NCBI RefSeq assembly: GCF_963921235.1
Contig: NC_086107.1
Span: 114,702,001-114,766,000 of the forward strand
Direction: 5' to 3'
DNA: 64,000 bases
Source of the DNA: Mobula hypostoma
Taxonomy: Eukaryota
The notes under the pieces are model-generated. The model saw only the letters and a program-made list of their open reading frames with translations, was not told the origin of the DNA and ran no database searches. The translations under genes were made by a program, and so were the position numbers. Every line of letters begins with the position of its first letter. The first letter of the stretch is position 1. This document shows, piece by piece, positions 1-39,345 of the stretch.

Positions 1-595
1 CCTCCTCCTCCTGTCTTCTCCTATCCTTTTGGATCTCCCCCTCCCCCTCCCACTTTCAAATCTCTTACTAACTCTTCCTTCAGTTAGTCCTGACGAAGGG
101 TTTCGGCCTGAAACGTCGACTGTACTTCTTCCTCGAGATGCTGCCTGGCCTGCTGCGTTCACCAGCAACTTTGATGTGTGTTGCCTATCTTCCGTTTGGG
201 TAGCCTCCAACCTGATGGAATGAACATTGATTTCTCAAATCTCCAGTAATGTCTTTACACCCCACTTCACCATTTCCCACCCCCTTGTCTCTCTCTCATG
301 TTATCTCCTTGCCTGCCCATCACCCCTTTGCTCCTCCCCCCTTTTTTCTTCCATGGCCTACTGTCTCTTTCACCAATTCACTTCTTAGATCTTTGCTTCA
401 TTTCTTCCCCTCCGAGTTTCACCTATCACCTGGTGTTTCTCTCCCCTCACCCCCACCTTTTCAATCTACTTGTTAGCTTTCTTTTCTCCAGTCCTGCCGA
501 AGGGTCTCGGCCTGACATGTCAACTAATTTTTTTCTCTAGATGCTGCCTGGCCTGCCGAGTTCCTCCAGCATTTTGTGGATGTTTTGTTGATATT
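1..595 (+). mobile_element. Two tandem 3' termini of a Penelope-like element (PLE)
   Basis: 186-248 encodes IFRLGSLQPDGMNIDFSNLQ*, typical of the PLE GIY-YIG C-terminus; each unit ends in the gtcctgacgaaggg...gaaacgtcgac...gatgctgcctggcctgc terminus. Confidence 0.75.
86..121 (+). ncRNA. Minimal type I hammerhead ribozyme motif
   Basis: AGTC-CTGACGA-AGG(gtttcgg)CCT-GAAA-CG-TC-GACT: stem I, core, stem II and palindromic ACGT stem III. Confidence 0.65.
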
Positions 596-599
596 TGTT

Positions 600-1710
600 C
601 GTACTCGTTGTCTGAGGCTTCTCGCCTCAATAATCAGCAGCATTGGTGGATTCCAGTTGCTTTGATACTGTTTCTCCATGACTGCAATGTCCAGGAGAAA
701 CCTTTCAATATGCTCGTTGCTGACAGCACCAAGATTTGCAGGGAAGAACCAGCTGCATGTAGTTTTGTGCTCTGTAGTTACTAGAAAAATTTCAACAACA
801 TCCTTGAATAGCTTCCATGTAATTTTCTCCTGTTCCATAGGAGCTCTTCAAAATGTCTGTCATTGATTAAATTGTTTGGTTCATGGACCAACAAAACTGC
901 CTTCCTTAATCTTGGCATCAGTTATTTTGAGAAACATCCATCTCAAATATCAAAATCCTTTACTGAAATTTTTGTGCCTGGCGAAACCAGATTCCATCCT
1001 TGTAGTTCTGTGCTCAGTAATTCTGCTTTTGCCTTTGACAAAACCCAAATTTCTGACCAGGTCATTTAACTCAGATTGAGTTATCAGATGAGGCTCACTT
1101 GACATAAAGAGTTCAAAATCTGCGTCAGTATCAGTGTTTTACATTCACGCAAAATAATCTGCAGATGCTGGAGTCAAAGCAACGCTCACAACACGCTGGA
1201 GGAACTCAGCAGGTCGGGCAGCATCCGTGGAAAAGATCGGTCGACGTTTCGGGCCGGAGCCCTTCGTCAGGACTGTAGAGGGAAGTTATCTTTCCCCGTA
1301 CTGGTTTTTCACCTGGAACCTACCAGCCTTCTCCTTCCCACCCTCCCCCCACCTTCTTTATAGGGCCTCTGCCCCTTCCCTCTGCAGTCCTGACGAAGAG
1401 TTCCGGCCCGAAACGTCGACTGATCATTTCCACGGATGCTGCCCGACCTGCTGAGTTCCCCCAGCGTGTTGTGAGTGTTGTTTTACGTTCCTCGGTTGTG
1501 TACCGTGGCATCTTCGTCTACCTCATTTGAACTCCATGTTCTGAAAACTTTTCAGCTTGCATTGTGGGCAACATTTTAATTGACCTGAGTTGTGAATTGA
1601 AATAAATATTACAGATTTTTGAAAAAATGGAGTGTGATAGTGAAATTTCATGATTGACGGCCCAAAATCCATAAGGTACACGCGAGTATTCAGGAATCAA
1701 AACTTTGTGT
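600..1710 (-). mobile_element. Degenerate DNA-transposon transposase remnant (superfamily not assigned), interrupted by a PLE insertion
   Basis: Minus strand reads KITDAKIKEGSFVGP, WKLFKDVVEIFL and FFPANLGAVSNEHIERFLLDIAVMEKQYQSNWNPPML, with stops and frameshifts; extent approximate. Confidence 0.6.
1147..1478. mobile_element. PLE-derived inverted-repeat element with two hammerhead-like motifs
   Basis: About 105-bp inverted arms (1180-1285 and 1375-1480); flanking tgttttacattc / tgttttacgttc near-TSD. Confidence 0.75.
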
Positions 1711-3244
1711 TTATTGCTGCACTCTTTTATTTCTCTGTACTGCAACTATAAAACAACAGATTTCATGTCAGAAGATATTGTTGATAAACCGGATTCTGGG
1801 ATTCAGGTCCTCTGGTCTAACCTGCTTAGTACCCATCCAGCAAAATCTAGTTTTCTGTTTGACCCAGCTATGTCCCTCATGTACCTAACCAAGTAATTCT
1901 GAAATATTGTCCCCACCTCAGCTCATTCCATCCTCCCCACGTGCAGTACTGTGGCTGCAGAAAAGTTGCTTATCATGTCCCTTTTACATTGTTCCCCTCT
2001 GCACTTGAAATCTGTGCCTTTCAGTTTTGGGCTTCCTACCTTGGGGTTGGGGGACGGGGAGAGAGATTGTTGCCACCTACCTAATCTAAAATTTTTAAAA
2101 TATCTATAAGGTTGCCCCTCATTCTCTTTTGTTCCAAGGAATATAGACCCAGCCTCGCCGACTTCTCTCTATAACTCAAGCCCTCTAGCCCTGGCAACAT
2201 CCTCGTAAATCTTCTCTGCATTCTTTCCAGTTTCACTGTGACTTTCTTATAGCAGGGTTTTCTAAAACTGTACATAGTGTGGCCTATGACATAAAACTGC
2301 AACATAATGTCCGATTTATAGATGTGTATAAAACCGATGGGTGTCAATAGGATGAATGCGGTCTTTTTCCTCTGGGTTATGGAGTCAAGAACCTGAAGCA
2401 CAGGGTTAAGATGAGAGGGGAGGAATTTAGGGATCCAAAGGGTGGTCTGTACATGGTCAGAGTGGTTGAGGCAGGTACATTAATAGCTTTTAAAAGACTC
2501 TTGGGCAAGTTGGAAATGTAGATCAGGAGTTTCCACTTTTTTTTTTAATGCCATGGACTCCTACCATTAACCAAAGGGTCCACATCCATAGACCCCAGGT
2601 TGGGCACCCTTTGTTTAGAGGGGTGACTGACCAGCTTTCCACAAAGGAAATGGAGGGGTTGGTATGTAAGTTTACAGATGTCTCAAAGGATAGTGTCAAA
2701 GGTTGTCATAGGGTTCAATGGGGCATTAATAGGATGCAGAACAGGGCAGAGATGTGGCAGATGGATTTCAGTCAGGAAAAGTGTAAAGTAATACACTTTG
2801 GAAGGTCAAGCTTGAAAAGTGCATGTTTAGCAGCCGAATACTTAGCAGTGTGTACGCTTGGAGGGATCTTGGGGTCCTCTCGCGCAAGTGGACAGGGTGG
2901 ATAAGAAGGCGTATTGTGTGCTATCCTTCATTAGGCGGGGGATTGAGTTCAAGAGCCGCGTGGTGAAATGCTGGTTAGTCCACACTTGAAATTCTGTGTT
3001 CACTTCTGGTCGCTTTGTTATAGGAAGGATGTGGAAGCGTGAGGGTGTTCAGTATGGACCATTTGGGCCGAAGGGCCTCTCCTTTGCTGCATGTCTGCTG
3101 TCTCCACCCCAGTTCTTCCATTACACCTTAAACACGTGCAGTACTGTGGCTGAGCATTCAGGGTGCTGCATTAAGACTCAGGTTCCGAAGGAAGCTGGGA
3201 TTTGAATACCACCACTGCCGTCTAGTCTACTCCTGTTCCTGGAG

Positions 3245-3520
3245 CGTCACAGTCACGTAGCTACTACAGCTCAGGGCATTTTGGAGTTCAGAGTTCAATT
3301 CCAGTGCTGTCTGTGAGGAGTTTGTACCTTCTCCCCATGGCCGTGGGCTTCCTCGGGATACTCTGGTTTTTCCTGCAGTCCAAAGACGTACCAGTTAGTA
3401 GCTTAATTGGTCATTGTAAATTGTCCTGGGGTTACACTGTGGTTGAATAGGTGGGTTGCTGAGCGGCGCGATTCATTGGGCAAAAAAGGTCTGTTCCACT
3501 CTCAACCTCTAAATAAAAAA
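3245..3520 (+). mobile_element. tRNA-derived V-SINE-like element
   Basis: gttcaattcc B-box-like motif, central gtttcct...cagtccaaagac domain, aataaaaaa tail; related copies near 4000-4140, 16310-16440, 20020-20215 and 34370-34550. Confidence 0.6.
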
Positions 3521-6403
3521 ATAACATCCTACTCTTGTGCTTAGTGCCCTGATTTATGAAGGCCAGTAGCTGCATTAACCTGTGATTCCACTTTCAAGGA
3601 ATTATACATCTGCATTTCTAGGTCTCTTTGTTTTGCTGCACGCCTCAGTGTTACTGTGTAAGATCTCCCCTGAAGAACTACACTGGTCTGCAATAAAATC
3701 CTGTTGCCATTTTAGCCTCCAACCTGATGGCATGAAATCAATTTCAAGTTTAATTGTCATTCAACCATACTCATGAATGCAGCCAAACAAAATGGCGATC
3801 CTCTGGGCCAGAGTGCAAAGTATCAAAAGTCGCGTATAGCCCATGTAATTATTATCACAGAAAAACAGTCACAGAATCGTCATATAGCCCAAGTCTGTGA
3901 GTGTTGTGGTTGATGATGCAGTTTGGGCCATGCATCAACTACACTTTAACACTGAACCTGTTCCCTTCACCCCTTCCCAGTACTGTCAATCCCGCCCCCC
4001 CCCCCCCACTGGTGGACATTAATCCACCCACCCAGCATGTTGCTGGAACGTGGGAAGAAACTGGAACATCCAGTGGGAAACCCACAGGGTCAAGGGGAGA
4101 ACATGCAAGTTCTGCACTCAACAGTGCATGCGGATCAAACCCAGGTCTGTTTCCCTCCCTGAGGTGACACCATGAAGAAGTGGTAGAAGCAGATGGTGTA
4201 GTGATGATATCATTGGACATGTGTTGGGTTATGTTCAGCAGACTGCAAATTGCTCAAGGACAAATTGAGACAGGCCTCTGAAAACTCTTCAGCCTGTGCA
4301 GGAAGCCAACATCCATAGCATAAATACAATAAAACTGGGAAATGGGTTTATTGTTGTCACATGTACGATGATACCATGCTGTTCATACAGATAAGTTCAT
4401 TTCACAGTGCACTGAGGTAAAACAGTAACAGGATGCAGAATAAAGTGCAGAAGCTGCCGAGAACGTTCAAGGACACCGACTAGGTCCATTGTGAGGTCAA
4501 GCATTGGTGTTGTTGTATAGAGGGACTGTTCAATCGTCTTACAGCAGCAGGGTAGAAGCTGTCCTTGTCATATGTGCTGTTAGGCTTTTGAATCTTCTGC
4601 CTGATGGGAGAGGGGAGAAGAGAGATTGTCCGGGGTTGGTGAGGTCTTTACAGAGGCGGCAGGAAGTGTTGTCAGGGTTCAGACTCGGGTTTAGTATTAC
4701 TGGATTAGGGTGTGAAATGTGTTGACTTTACAGCAGGAGTACATAGTAACAGAAAGAAAAAAAAAACATGAATTACAGTAAGTATATATATTTACTGTAA
4801 ATCATGGCTCCTTGAAAATATCCTGGATATTACAGGGGCAAGTGCGCATATTGGAGCTGACTGAGTTTACAACTCTCTGCAGCTTATTTTGATCTTTTGC
4901 AGTAGTGCCCGTCCCTCCCTCCAATACCAGACTGTGATGCAGCCAGTTAGAATGCTCTCCACGGTACATCTGTAGAAATTTACAAGTGTTTTAGTGACAT
5001 ACCAAATCTCCTCAAACTCCAAATGAAATATAGCTGCCTTTGTAGCTGCGTTGATATGTTGTGTCCAGGATACATCGTCAGAGATGTTGACACCCTGGAT
5101 CTTGAATTTGCTCACTCTTTCCACTTCTGATCCCTCTATGAGGACTGATGTGTGTGTTCCCTCCTCTGACCCTTTCTGAAGTTGCAGTTCGAGAGACCTT
5201 GGAGGGGAGGCTAGTTTTTATGATATGCTGAGTTGTATTCACAACTCTTGCGGTCACGAACAGTGTAGTTGTGGTGCCAAGCACCACAGGATGTATTGAT
5301 AAAAGAATTGGTGACGTGACGAATTTCTTTAGCTTCCTGATGGAGTAGGCTGTGGTGTCCACATGGTCCGACCAGGACAGGCTGTTGGTGATGATCACTT
5401 GTAGGAACGAAGCTCTCGACCTCCACCACTGAAGTGAACGGAATGTGCACTGCCATGCCTTCCTGAAGTCAACGACCAGCTCTTTTGTTTTTCACTGTGC
5501 CTCAGGGGACGACCAATTTGTGTACACCCCTCCTGGTTTTATATACAGGTTACCTGTCAATCTCCTCACTCCGGGGAGAACAGTCCGCGCCTGTCCAGTC
5601 TCTGCTTATACCTTGAGAGAGAGGCTGCTGTCATTGCATCATGCCACTGGGTACTTTATCTCCTTGCTCCTTGTTACCTGAGCTGCTGGGACCTCTGCTG
5701 AAAGAATGCAGGATAATGAAATGGCTTTGGGGGGGGGTGTGTTTGGGCTGATCACTATTGTGGGGAGAGACCAGCGGGAGTTTGAGAACAGTGCTGATGG
5801 TTTGGCAAGGGCGGGGAGGGTCAGATAGAGGAACACCAGTTCCATTTCCTTCACTCACAGAGGCTGGTTACACTTTGGCAGATAGACCAAGGAAAGGCTT
5901 GCACTGCGAGCAATAGGGCTCTGAGGCGTGCAGTAGAACAAAGGATCCATAATTCCTTGAAAGTGGCATCACAGGTAGATAGGATGATAAAGAGAGCTTT
6001 TGGCGCACCGGCTTTCATATGTATCGGGGCACTGAGTGCAGCAGTTGGGATGCTGATGAGGCCAAATTTGGAGTTTTGTGTGCACCTTGAAGTAAAATTT
6101 ATTATCAGAGTACGTGCATGTCACCACATACAACCCTGAGGTTCTTTTTTTCTGCAGGCATACTTAGCAAATCTATAGAACAGTAACAGTAAACAGGATC
6201 AATAAGTAACACTCTGCAAATGCAAATATAAATCATTAGCAACAAAGAACAAGAGCATGAAATAAGATAAAAGAGTCCATAAAGTGAATCATTAGTTGTG
6301 GGAACACCAGGAATAGGATATGTAGTTATCCTCATTTATTCAAGAGCCTGATGGCTGGGGACTAGTAACTGTTCTTGAACCTGGTGGTGCAAGTCATAGC
6401 CAT

Positions 6404-6922
6404 ACTTTATTGATCCCAGGGGAAGTTGGTTTTTGTTACAGTTGCACCATAAATAATTAAATAGTAATAAAACCATAAATAGTTAAATAGTAATATGTAA
6501 ATTATACCAGGAAATAAGTCCAGGACCAGCCTATTGGCTCAGGGTGTCTGACCCTCCAAGGGAGGAGTTGTAAAGTTTGATGGCCACAGGCAGGAATGAC
6601 TTCCTATGACGCTCTGTGTTGCATCTCGGTGGAATGAGTCTCTGGCTGAATGTACTCCTGTGCCCACCCAGTACATTATGTAGTGGATGGGAGACATTGT
6701 CCAAGATGGCATGCAACTTGGACAGCATCCTCTTTTCAGACACCACCGTGAGAGAGTCCAGTTCCATCCCCAGAACATCACTGGCCTTACGAATGAGTTT
6801 GTTGATTCTGTTGGTGTCTGCTACCCTCAGCCTGCTGCCCCAGCACACAACAGCAAACATGATCACACTGGCCACCACAGACTCGTAGAACATCCCCAGC
6901 ATCGTCCGGCAGATGTTAAAGG
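6404..6922 (-). mobile_element. Rex1/Babar-like LINE 3' fragment, nested in an older related LINE
   Basis: 123-aa ORF FYESVVASVIMFAVVCWG...RKSFLPVAIKLYN, followed by a 3' tail. Confidence 0.7.
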
Positions 6923-7568
6923 ATGTCCTGAACTACCTGTTCCTTCTACCCGATGGCAGCAGCAGGAAAAGAGCATGGTCTGGGGTGGTGTGGATCTTTG
7001 ATGATGGATGCTGCTTTTCTACGGCAACATTTTATGTGGATGTTCTCAGTGGTTGGGAGGGTTTTACCGGTGATGTACTGGGCTGATTGCACGATATTTT
7101 GTAGGATTTTCCGCTCAAAGGCATTGGTGTTTCCATACCAGGCTGTGATGCAGCCAATTAATTCACTTTTCACCAGACATCTGTAGAAGTTTGTTAAGGG
7201 TTTTGATGACGTGCCAAATCTCCACAGACTCCTCGGGAGTGTTTGCAATTACATTTATATGATATGTCCAGGACAGGCCCTCTGAGATGGCGATACCTTG
7301 GAATTTAATGTTGCTGATCCTCCGATGAGTACTGGCTCATGGACCTCTGGTTTCCCTCTCCTGAAGTCTATAATCAGTCTTGCTGACATTGAGAGCTTGT
7401 TGTTATGACATCACTCAGCCAAATTTTCAATCCTCCTCCTGTATACTGATTCATCACCAGCTTTGGTACAGCCCACAACAGTGGTGTCATCAGCGAACCT
7501 GTATACGATGTTGGAGCTGTACTTAAGGTTTGTCCATCGTCATCAATGAAGACCTCGACACCATTAGT

Positions 7569-7711
7569 ACTTTTTACGAGGTCGAGTTGCCAGCTCGACA
7601 CTCAATGCGGCACAGATGGAAAGTGTGCCCGGGAGTAGCCCAACTGGATTCGAACTCGGGAACCTTTGCTAAGGAGTCCGGCTCTGATGTCACTGCACTA
7701 CCAGCCGGCCA
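7569..7711 (-). mobile_element. Short tRNA-derived SINE
   Basis: Minus strand begins ggccggctggtagtgcagtg (A-box-like), contains gttcgaatcc (B box) and ends cgtaaaaa. Confidence 0.55.
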
Positions 7712-10353
7712 GTTGGTGTGGAGACAAGTGCTTGATTTGGATTTAAGTGAGGGAGAGATGTGCAGCGTCAGCCTCACTCTCTCTTCCCAATTCCCATCTG
7801 GATCCAGTGGCAAGACAAGAGTCGAGACGGCTGGAGATGGGACTAGGCGCAGTGGATGACCAGGACGTCTTCTGTGTCTTGTCGTGCTCTACACGTTCCA
7901 GGACGCTTGCAGAGACCGCCGCCTTGACCGTTGCACTGGAGGTCATATATTAAGGGTGAAGGGTGAAACGTGAAAGGGAGCGTTGTGAGGGGGAACTTAT
8001 TAACTCCGGTGATCGAACCTGGAACGAGCTTCCTTTGGAGATGTGGGTTCATTGTAAAATTTAAGAGAAGTTTGGATAAGAACATGGAATGCAGCGCTCT
8101 GGTCTGGGTGCAGGTAGATGCAAGTAGGCAGATGACCAGGCCGGCTTGGACTAATTGGGCTAAAGGGCCTTTTCTGAAGTCTAGGGGCTCTGATTAGCTC
8201 GGAGAATCTCCGAACGATACCCATCTTTCTGTTTCGCACTGTTCTTCCTCCCTTTCTCGTCTTCGGTAAAGCCAACATTCACTTGCACAGCCAAATCCAG
8301 ACTGACTGGGGACAAGGGCCAAGCACTGGCAGGTTTAATTTAATTGAGATAGGTGTGAGGTGTTGTATTTTGCCAAGTCTAACTAAGGCAGGGCTTTGCG
8401 CCCGAGGTTCCTCTGTTGAAAGGCAGGGCCATTCACTGCAGAGCAGAGGGACCTCGGGGTGCAGGTACAATACAAGGTTCCCTAAAAAAAAGACGCAGGC
8501 AGACCTGGTGGTGAAGAAGGTACCGAGGTGGAGTAAAGACTTTGTTTTGCGTGCCGTTCGTACAGATTATTTCATTGAGTGAGGAAAAGATTAGCAGAAT
8601 GTTGCACAACAGAGAAGCAGGCCCTTTGGCCCATCTTGTCCATGCCAGCCCAGTCTTATCGAAGCCCTGTGTACCTGCCTAGAATGTGGCCCTTGAAACC
8701 CTTCCCATCTATGTAGCTATCCAAATTTATCTTGAATGTTACCACTGAACCCCTGTATACCACTTTTGCCATCGGCTTAATCCAAATTAGCACCACCCTC
8801 TGAGTGAAGAAGTTCCCTCACAGATTTCCCTTAAATATTTCACCTTTCACCCTTCACCTATGGCATCTGGTTTTTGCCACACCCAACCTGAGGGGAGGAG
8901 ACCTGCATGCATTCACCCTATCTATATGCCTCGTCATTTCGTACACCTCGACAAGATCTCCCCTCATTCTCCTGCACTCCAGATAAAGCCCTACAACTTT
9001 TTCCTATATCTCAGGTCCTCAAGTCCTGGCAACATCCTTGTAAATTGTCTCTGTGGTCTTTCTTCTGCCGAGTGAGGAATGCAAAGCGAAAGAGCATGGG
9101 GTGAGAGATGAGATTTAAATAGGACCTGAGGGGCAATGTTTTCACTCACAGGGTGTTGAGTATGTGGAACGAACAGCCGGAGGAAGTGGTAGAGGCGTGC
9201 ACAATTACAGCGTTAAAACTAAACTTGGATGGGTGCATGGACAGGAAAGGGTTAAGCATTTTGGGGCTATGGGCCATATATGGCGGATGGGACTGTTGCT
9301 TGGAATATTATGTTCAGCACTGGTCACCTCATTATAGGAAGGATGTGGAAGCTGTAGAGAGGACGCAGAGATTTACCAGGAGGCTGCCTGGGCTAGAGAG
9401 CGTGTCTTATCAGGCTAGGTTGGGCAAGCGTAGGGTTTTTCTCTTTGGAGCAAGGGAGGATGAGAGGTGACTTGATAGAGGTGCACAAAATGATGAGGCA
9501 TAGATCGATTGGATAGCCTGAGAGTTTTTTCCAAACCAGAAATGATTGATATGAAGGGGCATAATTTTAAGGTGATTGGAGGAAAGTATAGGGGGGAGAT
9601 GTTAGAGGTAGGGTTTTTTAAACACAGAGTGGTGGGTGCATGGAATGCACTGCCTGGGTGGTGGTAGAGGCGGATACATTAGGGAGATCTAAGAGACTCT
9701 TAGATTGGCACATGGATGAAAAAAATGGAGGGCTGTGTAGAAGGGAAGTGTTCGATTGCTCTTGGAATAGGTTAAAGTGTCAGCATAGCATTATTGAGTG
9801 AAGAACAGCCCAGTACAGGTACTGTGTATGTTTTGTGTTCTATTAACGCCAGCATGGACAACTAGGGGCCGTTTCTGACAGTCTTCTTTTGAAGCTATAT
9901 TCCCCTCACCTGTTCTCACCTTACCTGAGATATTCCCCTTGTTCAATCAATTCTTCCGTACCTTTTCTGCTGGTAATCCCAACTTGTTATGTTTCTTCAT
10001 CACTCTTACGAAGGTTTAACTCTTTACAATATTTATTCATTGAAGATGGGCTTCACAGGCCGAGCTGGCATTTAATGGCCCCTCCACTCTGTCCCCGAGA
10101 AAGTAGTGAGTGAATTACCTTATTGAGTCTCTGCTGGGCTTGCTGTGGGTGATTCACACTGCTGCGCGGGAAGGAGTTCCAGGAATGACAGCGATGTCTT
10201 TCTAATTCAGGATGGTATGAGGCTTGGAGGGCAGATTCCAGGGTGGGAGTTGTTCCCAGTCCTTTCATTGTCCTTGTCCTTTTGGGAGGGAGTGGTGGTG
10301 GGTTGGAAGGTGCTGAGCAAGGTGTCTCAGTGAGTTGCTGCGTCCACCTACAT

Positions 10354-11514
10354 CAGCTGTTACCAACCACCGGGCCACAAGGAAACAGTATGATTTGGCG
10401 ATATGAGTCAGCTGCACCTTTCCTCATTCCCTGCCACTGTTGAGCTTGAACGCACGCGAGGTCATTATGCACGCGTCATCTATGTCAGCGCAGGAAGGAG
10501 ATCAACTCCTCGAGCTTGCAAATGATGGCGGGCTGAAAAAGTATGTTTGACATAACATCTCTGCCGGCATTCTGGATCAAAGTCAAGGCTAAATATCCTG
10601 AGATGGCCACGAAAGCACTAAAAATGTTGCTTCCATTTCCAACATATCTCTGCAATGAATGCAACGAAAACTAAATTGCGGAATAGACTAGACATAAGGA
10701 ACCAGCGAGTATCGCTGTCTCCCATCACCCCTTGATGGGACTGTCTTGTTGCAGGGAACAAGTATTCAGCCCAGGACTCCCACTGATTCAGCGATATTGG
10801 TGTGTTGCAATGATTTTATATGTTCATACAGGGAAAATATGTGCTGTGTGTTTAATATCCAAACGTTACTTAAAATGTTATGCTATTGACTTACAAGTGA
10901 CTTATATAACCACATAACAATTACAGCACAGAAATAGGCGATCTCTGCCCTTCTAGTCCGTGCTGAACGCTACTCTCACCTAGTCCCACCGACCTACACT
11001 CAGCCCATAACCCTCCATTCCTTTCCTGTCCATATACCTATCCAATTTTTCTTTAAATGATAATATCGAACCTGCCTCTACCACTCCTACTGGAAGTTTG
11101 TTCAACACTTCAAGCTCCCCCGTCCTCCCCTGATAATTGTCTTATCACTATATTCATGCCAGGAAAATGTCCACTGTGTATTTAATATTAAATTTATTAG
11201 ATAAACCCTTTCAGAAACGAAATTGAGTGTATTAGCCACTTATCACCTATATTCCGGTCGTGATTAACCCCCCCCCCGCCGAACAGAAACGCCGAAAAGG
11301 ATTTGTAGAGAAAAATTGGCAGGTACACGCATACGCACTGGTGCCCGTGCAAGGCTTCATGGTCATTGTAGTCCTTCTCAGAGTAAACACAATGTACGTG
11401 ACTGTTACTCTTGTCCGTTGGCAACTCTACCCCCCCCCCCCCGGGTCGGCCGATCCAAAAGATTATTGTCAATAATAAACCAGTCCGCAGTGCAAAAAAG
11501 GTTGGGGACCCCTG
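10354..11514 (+). mobile_element. Internally deleted hAT (Buster/Charlie-type) transposon with nested CR1 3' fragment
   Basis: Exact 8-bp TSD acctacat (10346-10353, 11515-11522) with central TA; TIRs cagctgttaccaacc / ggttggggacccctg; remnant reads FWIKVKAKYPEMATKALKMLLPFPT...KTKLRNRLD. Confidence 0.85.
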
Positions 11515-11728
11515 ACCTACATCCAGGAAAGTGGGGAGTGCCCTATCACGTTCTTGACCTTACAGATACAGACCAGGGCAATGTGGCGGATGTTGTGTGT
11601 ACGGACTAACCCCATTAAGAAGTGGAGAGTGTCCAGTCACACCTCGACCTGTGGATGGGGACAGGTAATACAATGGATGCTGTGTGCATTGACTAATCCC
11701 TCTCCCTCCCTCTCCCCCTCTGACACAG

Positions 11729-39345
<27,617 letters not shown>

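Noticed and set aside
7569..7711. tRNA gene
   Set aside because: A/B boxes are present but there is no complete cloverleaf, and it has an unrelated body and A-tail, so it was treated as a SINE.
1..11728. Exon 1 of the FBRS-like gene
   Set aside because: No Arg-rich or EEDIIDGF-like segment seen; the region is TE-derived, so exon 1 is presumed upstream.
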